From assembly GCA_018816445.1 (NCBI GenBank), contig JAHIVO010000028.1, positions 1 to 11,432 of the forward strand: DNA of 11,432 nucleotides. Reading direction: 5' to 3'. Shown here piece by piece: positions 1 through 6,404 of this stretch. This stretch comes from Patescibacteria group bacterium. GTDB lineage: Bacteria; Patescibacteriota; Patescibacteriia; UBA10025; JAHIVO01. The notes beneath the pieces are model-generated. The model was not told the origin of the DNA and did not search any database. It saw only the letters and a program-made list of their open reading frames with translations. Within the stretch, counting starts at the first letter, position 1. Every line of letters starts with the position of its first letter. The position numbers were made by a program, and so were the translations under genes.

Positions 1-205
1 AATGAACTACCTCGCAGCAAGCTGACGAGGTATCCGTCAGCAATCACCTAGGTTAGTTTATTCTCCGTAGCTGCCTATCCCCCTTCGCTAAACGCTACGG
101 GGGATTCTCCCCATCTGTTTCTCCGCAGCCCGGCCTTCGCAGCCAGTGCTGCTACGGCGGAGATGGCCAAGCTGCGGAGTATAATAGCGGAGGAGAATAA
201 AAAAC
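1..205. other. GC-rich, hairpin-dense segment in AT-rich context; its terminal motif (gcggagtaNaataat) and ctccgcag/ctgcggag stems recur at 6226-6358
   Basis: Visible inverted repeats: acctcg/cgaggt, ctgacg/cgtcag, ccgtagc/gctacgg, ctccgcagc/gctgcggag. Local GC is far above the flanking CDS. The 3' motif at 174-200 is shared with 6344-6358. Identity unknown and the element may be truncated by the window start. Confidence 0.35.
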
Positions 206-236
206 AAGGCCGGAATTGAAAAGTCCCGTTTTTTGT

Positions 237-2576
237 TTACTTAATTTCTGGTAGAAATTTTATAGGCCATTGTTTTGGGTCATGGATGTACTTCAGGTCA
301 TGGATGCCGATTTTTCCTATATATAATTTTTTTAATTCATCTATCCCCTTGTCTTTAAGTAGTCTTTGGATCATCTGGTAGCCGATAAAATAAACAATAT
401 CCTTAGCAAAAGCGCCGGGTTCATTAGTATTTTCCAGACCCCTTTTAGTGCGTACACAAATACGCCAAGCTTTAGCTTTGTCTATTTTAAAGTTACTTTG
501 CAGGAAGTGGAATAGTTCTGTGAAAGACAAGTTATTGCCATGGTAAATAGCCGCGATGTTCAGGGCAGGTGAAAAATATTTTTCTCCTAAAGGTATACCC
601 AGACTGTTTTGGTTGTAAATTGCTAAACCCTCTTCAGTCGTCAGATAATTAGCTGTTCCCTGCTCAAATAAGCTGTATTTTTGCAAGCGGCCATTTTCCA
701 GGCGGAAAATATGTGTTTCAATTTCATGAGCAATCAGCGCTTTTAGACGGTTTTCAGAAAAGTTGGCTTTCTTATTAACGAAGATTGTATTTTTTTTATT
801 AATTTGCATGCCTGAAGTAGCAGTTTCCAGAATTTTTATTTTCCATCTGGTTAATTTTTTTTGGGAAAGGTACGCAGATAGGCGTTTGATTACCTCCTCA
901 GTGTTTAATTTCTTGCTAGTATCTTTTTCTAGCTTCTCATTTTTCATGAATGACAGAGCCTGCTCATATAATTCATTAGATACACTGCCAAAAAGTTTAA
1001 TTGAGTACTCCGCCATTTCCGGACGCCCAATATTGTCAATTAGTGATAGTTTATCGTCAATTTCTTTAATTTTTTCTAAGTACAACGGCATCAGCGGGTG
1101 GTCAATATTCTTTGGAATTTTTTTAATCTCGTTGCGCAGGTGGTTTATATTAAGATCATGTTTCTTGTAAATGAATTGCGGTGAGTGGACTGGTTTTTTT
1201 ATGAATTTTTTAAATTCATCATTCAGGTTTTGGGGCTTAATTCTAGCGATCAGGTGTATGCACTCATTTATTGCCAGAATTTTCTTATCAATATTTAGTA
1301 AAATTTTTTCTTCTTTTGATTCAATGGGCGCAGAACTAGTTGGTTCTGGCTTAATCTTAGAGGTATCAATTAAAAAGTCAGTCAGGTATTTGCCAGAGAG
1401 AATGGCTTTATATGGCTTGTCTTTAAAATTATCCGTAGTAAAGGGAATTTTAAGTTTTTTTTCTTTTAACACGATGGATAGCAAGCGTCCGGCTGGGGAT
1501 AATTTAATCCCCTGGTCAATGATATTGTTTTCGCTGTGGGGATCAATTTTTACGTGGATATTGGCACCATTGATTGCATTAATTATATTAATTGATTCAA
1601 AAAGGCCAATAATTGGCTTGGCAGTTTTTACATTTAATACTTTTTCTTCTTTTACTACTCGCGTAAATAAAGTTTTTCCGATTTTTACGCCTTCTTTTGT
1701 TGACATTACTTTAAGATCGGCAATCTTTTCCAATCTTTTACGCAGTAAGGTTTGGTTAGATATCTGAATGGCCAAACCTGCTCGGGCGTTGAGTTCTAGT
1801 ATTTTAATGCCATTTTTTGCTAAAGTTATGTCTACTGCCAGGTAGCCGATTTGTGATAAGTATTGGGTGCGGCTGGCCGTGGCTAAGATTTCATCCCACT
1901 GCGGGATGGCAATACTCCCGACTGGGTCACCAGTAGGCAGTCTTTTTACCAGCTTATTATGCCTTACGCCGAATGTTGTTTTGCCGGTACCAATGTCTAT
2001 GCCCAGACCAATGGCTCCTAGATGAAGATTGGCTTTACCATGAGATTCGGCAGTGGGCAGGCGTAGCATAGCAATGACCGGCACGTACTTAAAGACAATA
2101 ATCCTGATGTCAGGCAGTCCGCCTGCTTCCATAAATTTTTTGAAATAATCATGGGGTTCCAGCATCTCTTCAAAAATAACCGTGTCGCTAAGGCCGGATA
2201 TGGCGTATTTTCCATCCAGGATGCCGATACAATGCTCATATAAATCAGACCATGAAATATTTTTATTATTAACATCTGTGTATGTATCGCCGTGCCATCT
2301 TTTAATAGCCCATATTCCCTCCCCACCATAACCTTTATTCGGTTTAATCACAAAACTTGGAGGTAGGTTGCTTCTATTGAAATTCCTTAATTCAGGCAGT
2401 GAATTAATTGAAGCATAGAGCCTGGCTACCCCAACATCGCGCGCTTGCAAAAAATGTTTGGTGTGGATTTTACTGTCGGCCAATTCTTTCTTGCCTCGTG
2501 TATTATATTTTGTTATATACAGTAAATTTCTTGCGTTGATGCCGAGAATATCTGATGCTTTGCCAAAAAATGACAT
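237..2576 (-). CDS. Fusion protein: N-terminal alpha-L-glutamate-ligase-like ATP-grasp (RimK-related, sugar-transfer-associated ATP-grasp type) plus C-terminal DUF1704/MATCAP-like metallopeptidase domain (HExxxH ... EEGLA)
   Basis: 779-aa ORF. N-terminal motifs LGINARNLLYI, FVIKPNKGYGGEGIW and DIRIIVFKYVPVIAMLRLPTAESHGKANLHLGAIGLGIDIGTGKT match the rimK-related alpha-L-glutamate ligase-like family as I recall it. C-terminus has HEIETH (HExxxH) followed ~27 aa later by TEEGLAIY, matching the QEGLA motif of DUF1704. The middle is a K/I/N/E-rich linker. Stop is TAA. Confidence 0.7.
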   Translation of the reverse strand: MSFFGKASDILGINARNLLYITKYNTRGKKELADSKIHTKHFLQARDVGVARLYASINSLPELRNFNRSNLPPSFVIKPNKGYGGEGIWAIKRWHGDTYTDVNNKNISWSDLYEHCIGILDGKYAISGLSDTVIFEEMLEPHDYFKKFMEAGGLPDIRIIVFKYVPVIAMLRLPTAESHGKANLHLGAIGLGIDIGTGKTTFGVRHNKLVKRLPTGDPVGSIAIPQWDEILATASRTQYLSQIGYLAVDITLAKNGIKILELNARAGLAIQISNQTLLRKRLEKIADLKVMSTKEGVKIGKTLFTRVVKEEKVLNVKTAKPIIGLFESINIINAINGANIHVKIDPHSENNIIDQGIKLSPAGRLLSIVLKEKKLKIPFTTDNFKDKPYKAILSGKYLTDFLIDTSKIKPEPTSSAPIESKEEKILLNIDKKILAINECIHLIARIKPQNLNDEFKKFIKKPVHSPQFIYKKHDLNINHLRNEIKKIPKNIDHPLMPLYLEKIKEIDDKLSLIDNIGRPEMAEYSIKLFGSVSNELYEQALSFMKNEKLEKDTSKKLNTEEVIKRLSAYLSQKKLTRWKIKILETATSGMQINKKNTIFVNKKANFSENRLKALIAHEIETHIFRLENGRLQKYSLFEQGTANYLTTEEGLAIYNQNSLGIPLGEKYFSPALNIAAIYHGNNLSFTELFHFLQSNFKIDKAKAWRICVRTKRGLENTNEPGAFAKDIVYFIGYQMIQRLLKDKGIDELKKLYIGKIGIHDLKYIHDPKQWPIKFLPEIK

Positions 2577-2681
2577 AATAAGTAATTCAAAAGTAAAAAA
2601 TCAAAATGCAAAAATGCATGTTAAGTATTTCAAATTTTATTTGTCATTTTTATTTTTTATCTTTAAAATTTTCATTTTGTT

Positions 2682-4235
2682 CTATTCTTCAATATTTTTT
2701 TCTTTGAATAATGTTCTGAAACGGACATATTCCATAAATCTAAGCCCTGTGAATTTACCTAGGATTATTAATCCAAGTAATGGTGCCAGAACGAGTTCAG
2801 GCCATGACATTATCAGGTTTGTAAAAGCAGTCCAAACCACTAGATAATAAGCAGCTAGGGCCACTAGGATAGTTTTAAATACGCCGAACAGAGCTTCCCT
2901 TAAGCCTTCTTCAGACTGAGCTGACAGGAATTTTTCAGAAATTGTTGACATAACTAGCATAGGAAAAATTGCCAGGGAAATGGCTAGAGAAACCTGATAG
3001 TATGACAAGAACCAGATAAGTCCTAAAAATGACAAACCAATGCTAGCCAATATCAGGCCGGATTTAGGCATGTACAACAGCCTAAACCTGTTGAGAATGG
3101 ATCTTAAAATATAACTGACAGCTACAACTATTATTATTGTACCTAGGCCAAATAAAATTCCCAGGATGAGCAAGGAAAGAGCAATAACCGAAGGAGTATA
3201 AATTCCAAAAGCTGAAATACCGACTATCTGCCGGAAAAAGGCGATTACAAAAACAATAAATGGGTAAGCTAATATCAAATAAATAGTGTTAGTTGGTATG
3301 CCCTTGGTAATAAAATTTGTTATGGCATGGGAAAGAATAAAGAGCGGCGATTTTTCACTGCGTGAATCAATTACACGATATTCAATAGCTCTATTTGAGA
3401 GGTTGGTGGTTAGCAGATTATAATCATCTATTTCAAATATTGGATTAAGTGCTTCTTTACGGGTGAGCAGGATAAAAGCAGGCTGCATCACTTCAAACGA
3501 TTGAAAGGTCAGCTTTTCCGTAATACCGATATTTTGGTCAGTGATTTTTACTAATAGTTTTTTCTTTAAGTTAATTTTATTATCATCTTCCAGGTTTTGC
3601 CAGTAACGCGTGAATGACTGCAAGCCAAGGGAGGTTTGGGTGTAAAAGATTAAGCCGTCTGATTCCTTAATAAATTCTATTTCTTCACCAATGATTGAAA
3701 CCATTTTTTCTTCAGTTAAAAACCCAGTCTCTTCTCCAACGGCGGATATGATTTTTAAAAAGACGCCATTATGCGCTGCCTGGTCTACAATCAGCTCTAA
3801 TCCATCCGTTGTGTCCTTATCAGTAATTATTAATATTTTTTTGTTATAAACAAATATTGTTTTTTCAATATTGGCCTTGAATTCACCCTGCTGGATGGTT
3901 AAGGTGATTTCATGTATGCCGGTTGATTTATACTCATGCACCACTTCTTTCCCAAACTGAACAATATTATCATCTGTGAAATCCCAGCGGTATGATGGGT
4001 TAAAATCTGTTGGTAAAAGTTCTGATTCGGAAGCGTCAAATAAAGCTTTTTTATTAACCATAATAAAGTCTTCTGAAGTTATAACAGGAGATAGCTGATT
4101 TACCTCAATCCCTTCGTCGCTATCTGTTTCCAATATTGGGGCATCCTGAGCTAAGGCCATAGGACTGAAAAAAAATAGTGATATCAGCCCTATGAAGATT
4201 GTGGTCAGTAATTTTTTCATATAATTATTATACAC
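2682..4235 (-). CDS. Signal-peptide protein with extracytoplasmic PKD-like domain and C-terminal 7-TM bundle (resembles the 7TM partner proteins of RimK-like ATP-grasp systems; 7TM-transglutaminase-associated type)
   Basis: 517 aa. N-terminal signal peptide MKKLLTTIFIGLISLFFFSPMALAQ. PKD-like motif YRWDFTDDNIVQFGKEVVHEYKSTGIHEITLTI. About 7 hydrophobic helices in the last ~220 aa. Start is 2 nt after the upstream ATP-grasp stop (4238), suggesting translational coupling. Confidence 0.65.
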   Translation of the reverse strand: MYNNYMKKLLTTIFIGLISLFFFSPMALAQDAPILETDSDEGIEVNQLSPVITSEDFIMVNKKALFDASESELLPTDFNPSYRWDFTDDNIVQFGKEVVHEYKSTGIHEITLTIQQGEFKANIEKTIFVYNKKILIITDKDTTDGLELIVDQAAHNGVFLKIISAVGEETGFLTEEKMVSIIGEEIEFIKESDGLIFYTQTSLGLQSFTRYWQNLEDDNKINLKKKLLVKITDQNIGITEKLTFQSFEVMQPAFILLTRKEALNPIFEIDDYNLLTTNLSNRAIEYRVIDSRSEKSPLFILSHAITNFITKGIPTNTIYLILAYPFIVFVIAFFRQIVGISAFGIYTPSVIALSLLILGILFGLGTIIIVVAVSYILRSILNRFRLLYMPKSGLILASIGLSFLGLIWFLSYYQVSLAISLAIFPMLVMSTISEKFLSAQSEEGLREALFGVFKTILVALAAYYLVVWTAFTNLIMSWPELVLAPLLGLIILGKFTGLRFMEYVRFRTLFKEKNIEE

Positions 4236-4237
4236 GT

Positions 4238-5191
4238 TTATTTAATACATTGCATGAGCGTTTTAAGCAGTTCTTTATGCCAGATATGATAGTACATTTT
4301 CCATTGTGGATATGGAAAGCCTGCCCGTGGGTTTAATTCGAAGACATAAGGTCGGCCATTTTCAAAGCCAAAGTCCATGGCATACATGCGATTGCCCATT
4401 CTTTTGATTTTTTTATCTATTAGAAAAGCAATTTTTATTGCTTTTTTTGGCACAGCACTTTTTTTAATTTCTAGCATTTTTCCTCCCTGAGCAACATTGG
4501 CTAATAGTGAGCCTTGCTTGGGAATACGTATGTATGTTTGAACGATTCTGCCGTTCATAAGTAATATTCTCATGTCATGGCGGGTTTTACATATGCCCGG
4601 CACTCCGCTAGAGGTGTCTAAAAAATCCTGTAATATTCCATTAAATGATTTTAATTTATTTTTTATCTTTTTTTTATCAGCAATGATAATACCCTTGCCT
4701 TCGGAGCCGCGTAAGGGCTTAAAAACAACTTGTTTGGTTTTAATTTTTTTTATTTGCCGGTTAAAATCAGATTTATTCTTAATTCTATAAGTAGGCTTCA
4801 TGTATTTTTTCAGGAGTTTATAGGTGTGATATTTATTGTCCATTATGAACAGGAGATTCCATTTGTTTAATACGCTCCAGTCTTTTCCGCCATTACAATG
4901 TAAGGGAGCCTTATTAAATACGACTTTGGCATAAATTTTTTCTTTCAAGCGGAGAAATTTTCCTTTTTTAAATTCAAAACCATCCGAAAAAATGCCATTG
5001 CCCAAATGCTTTTTGGTACCGCGAACATAAAATACGTTAAATTTTGACTCAGCAAGTCTCAGGAACTCCATGATTGATTGGCGATAATTGGGGTTATCAA
5101 GCGGATAATCAGACAAGGTGCCAGACTTAGTGAGATAAACCAAATTTGGTTTGTTATTTTGATAACGCTGTTTATTCGTTACTGCTGCCAT
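4238..5191 (-). CDS. RimK-like ATP-grasp family ligase
   Basis: 317 aa. Motifs VVFKPLRGSEGKGIIIA, RHDMRILLMNGRIVQTYIRIPKQGSLLANVAQGGK and YAMDFGFENGRPYVFELNPRAGF are typical of the RimK/ATP-grasp core. First gene of a tightly packed minus-strand three-gene cluster. Confidence 0.7.
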   Translation of the reverse strand: MAAVTNKQRYQNNKPNLVYLTKSGTLSDYPLDNPNYRQSIMEFLRLAESKFNVFYVRGTKKHLGNGIFSDGFEFKKGKFLRLKEKIYAKVVFNKAPLHCNGGKDWSVLNKWNLLFIMDNKYHTYKLLKKYMKPTYRIKNKSDFNRQIKKIKTKQVVFKPLRGSEGKGIIIADKKKIKNKLKSFNGILQDFLDTSSGVPGICKTRHDMRILLMNGRIVQTYIRIPKQGSLLANVAQGGKMLEIKKSAVPKKAIKIAFLIDKKIKRMGNRMYAMDFGFENGRPYVFELNPRAGFPYPQWKMYYHIWHKELLKTLMQCIK

Positions 5192-5297
5192 AAGAAATAA
5201 TTAAATACCATAATCCAGACTCAATTTAAATTATTGTGTCCTTTTTATCTTTGTTTTTATTAGACTGGGCAAATTGGCGTTTTATTTTTTTTAAAAG

Positions 5298-5381
5298 TGC
5301 CGCGGGAGAGAATCGAACTCTCAAGGTGTTGCCACCACTGGATTTTAAGTCCAGCGCGTATACCAGTTCCGCCACCGCGGC
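5298..5381 (-). tRNA. tRNA-Leu(TAA), class II (long variable arm), CCA not encoded
   Basis: Minus-strand fold: acceptor GCCGCGG/CCGCGGC, 3-bp D-stem with long D-loop, anticodon stem CTGGA/TCCAG with loop CTTAAAA (anticodon UAA), variable-arm stem GGTG/CACC, T-arm GAGAG-TTCGATT-CTCTC, discriminator A. Confidence 0.85.
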
Positions 5382-5636
5382 TCATTTGTCAATAAGAGTA
5401 TTTTTTAACATTGCCTTTATGGATGCTTTACCTTTTGAGATTTTAAAGTATCGTTCTCTTTTTTCAGCATCATCTTTATTGTTAAATACTTCATAAAAAA
5501 TTAATTTTATAGGGAGTCTATTTTTCGTAAATGGACTTCTTCCTTTTTTATGTTCGTTTAATCTCCGAGTGAGATTATAAGTTAATCCACAGTATAATTG
5601 TTTGTTTGAAAGTAAAAGTAAATAAATGTAGTACAT
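5382..5636 (-). CDS. Small GIY-YIG nuclease family protein (COG2827/YhbQ-like, ~84 aa); ORF is open upstream to 5663
   Basis: MYYIYLLLSNKQLYCGLTYNLTRRLNEHKKG carries GIY (YIY), YIG (YCG), Arg and Glu (NEH) motifs. The TGA stop abuts tRNA-Leu position +1. About 28% GC. Confidence 0.75.
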   Translation of the reverse strand: MYYIYLLLLSNKQLYCGLTYNLTRRLNEHKKGRSPFTKNRLPIKLIFYEVFNNKDDAEKRERYFKISKGKASIKAMLKNTLIDK

Positions 5637-5654
5637 ATTTGTATGTATACCACC

Positions 5655-5705
5655 CTGCACCACTAAAGGGTGCAGGATAGCTGTGAACCCTTTAGTGGTT
5701 CACAG
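5655..5705 (-). repeat. Paired hairpins with mutually complementary loops (ctgcacc-actaaag-ggtgcag and ctgtgaacc-ctttagt-ggttcacag) in the GIY-YIG 5' leader
   Basis: Stems of 7 bp and 9 bp. The loops actaaag and ctttagt are reverse complements, so an alternative 11-bp long-range pairing (ccactaaaggg/ccctttagtgg) is possible. Confidence 0.6.
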
Positions 5706-5723
5706 CAGTTCCGCCACCGCGGC
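5706..5723 (-). repeat. 18-nt direct repeat identical to the first 18 nt of tRNA-Leu (5364-5381); partial tRNA 5' fragment
   Basis: cagttccgccaccgcggc occurs at 5364-5381 and 5706-5723. Both copies are immediately preceded on the minus strand by a stop codon, TAG of the SpoU gene and TGA of the GIY-YIG gene respectively. Confidence 0.8.
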
Positions 5724-6188
5724 CTACTTGTTTACTATTTCAAATATGGTTATGCCTGAGGCTATGGCTACATTTAATGACTCCTTTTTGCCATACATTG
5801 GTATTTCAATAATTTCATGACATTCTTTCAGTAAGTTACTAGGCAGGCCTTTTACCTCGCTGCCGAGAAGCAGGGCTAATGGATATTTGGGTCTGAATTT
5901 AGTGTATGATATGCTTTTTTTTGACTGTTCAAGAGCGACAATATTATATCCTGCTGTTTTTAATTTTTTCAATGCGCGTTTGGTGTGCCGCCATGATTCA
6001 AAGGGGATAGATTTTTCCGCACCCAATGCTACTTTATCAATTTTAGGATGGGGCGGTGCCGGTGTAATGCCGCCAAGAAATATTTTTGTTATTCCAGCGG
6101 CATCGGCTGTTCGGAAGATAGCACCAACGTTAAAACAACTTCTAATATTATATAAAATCAGCACAAATGGTTTGGTATGCTTTATCAT
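5724..6188 (-). CDS. SPOUT (SpoU/TrmH) family RNA 2'-O-methyltransferase, TrmL-like by size (154 aa)
   Basis: LILYNIRSCFNVGAIFRTADAAG (SpoU motif 1), LLLGSEVKGLP and ESLNVAIASGITIFE (motifs 2 and 3). Stop is TAG at 5724-5726. Confidence 0.75.
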   Translation of the reverse strand: MIKHTKPFVLILYNIRSCFNVGAIFRTADAAGITKIFLGGITPAPPHPKIDKVALGAEKSIPFESWRHTKRALKKLKTAGYNIVALEQSKKSISYTKFRPKYPLALLLGSEVKGLPSNLLKECHEIIEIPMYGKKESLNVAIASGITIFEIVNK

Positions 6189-6206
6189 GCAAAGTACGTT
6201 TTATTA

Positions 6207-6219
6207 TGGTCAATGACCA
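6207..6219. promoter_or_regulatory. Perfect 13-nt palindrome TGGTCAaTGACCA just upstream of the SpoU-family gene start; possible operator
   Basis: Seen directly; lies 19 nt upstream of the minus-strand ATG at 6188. Confidence 0.25.
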
Positions 6220-6225
6220 CGAGCA

Positions 6226-6358
6226 AATTCAGCAGAGGTGGATGAGTTGAGTGGAGCGAGAGAGGGGACTCGCCCGTCCTCCGCAGAAGCAGGTTTCTGC
6301 TTCGGAGGGTGGAAACCCCCGACCTTTTCCCCCGCCTGCCAAAGCGGAGTAGAATAAT
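6226..6358. repeat. GC-rich hairpin element, second copy of the family seen at 1-205
   Basis: cctccgcagaagcagg...ctgcttcggagg stem-loop. Terminal ccaaagcggagtagaataata resembles ccaagctgcggagtataatagcgg at 166-190. Confidence 0.35.
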
Positions 6359-6404
6359 ACTCTTATATATCTAGGTTCTAATTGTCGGGGTATTAAGTTT
6401 TAAA

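Noticed and set aside
1-205. Identification of the GC-rich segment as rRNA 3' end, 5S rRNA, RNase P RNA, tmRNA or SRP RNA
   Set aside because: I could not find the diagnostic consensus blocks for any of these (for example GGAAAGTCCGG for RNase P, the tmRNA tRNA-like end, or an SRP domain IV motif). It is left as unassigned structured DNA.
763-1767. Plus-strand ORFs 763-1170 and 1171-1767 (135 and 198 aa)
   Set aside because: They lie entirely antisense within the well-supported 779-aa minus-strand CDS. They are low-complexity, F/L/S-rich (mirror of K/E/N codons) and carry no recognisable motifs, so they are shadow ORFs.
2018-2847. ORFs 2018-2329 (-) and 2458-2847 (+)
   Set aside because: The first is an alternative frame inside the 779-aa CDS. 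The second spans an AT-rich intergenic spacer and the 3' end of the 7TM gene on the opposite strand. Neither has motif support.
4572-4790. ORF 4572-4790 (+), 72 aa
   Set aside because: Antisense shadow inside the RimK-like ATP-grasp CDS.
5298-5381. Possibility of a group I intron in the tRNA-Leu(UAA) anticodon loop (classic cyanobacterial/plastid site)
   Set aside because: The tRNA-Leu folds as a continuous 84-nt cloverleaf with an uninterrupted CUUAAAA loop. The extra sequence is upstream of the gene, not inside the anticodon loop.
5236-5496. ORF 5236-5496 (+), 86 aa
   Set aside because: It overlaps tRNA-Leu and the GIY-YIG gene on the opposite strand, and the tRNA fold and GIY-YIG motifs explain the region.
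5887-6216. ORF 5887-6216 (+), 109 aa
   Set aside because: Antisense to the SpoU-family CDS, which has clear SPOUT motifs.
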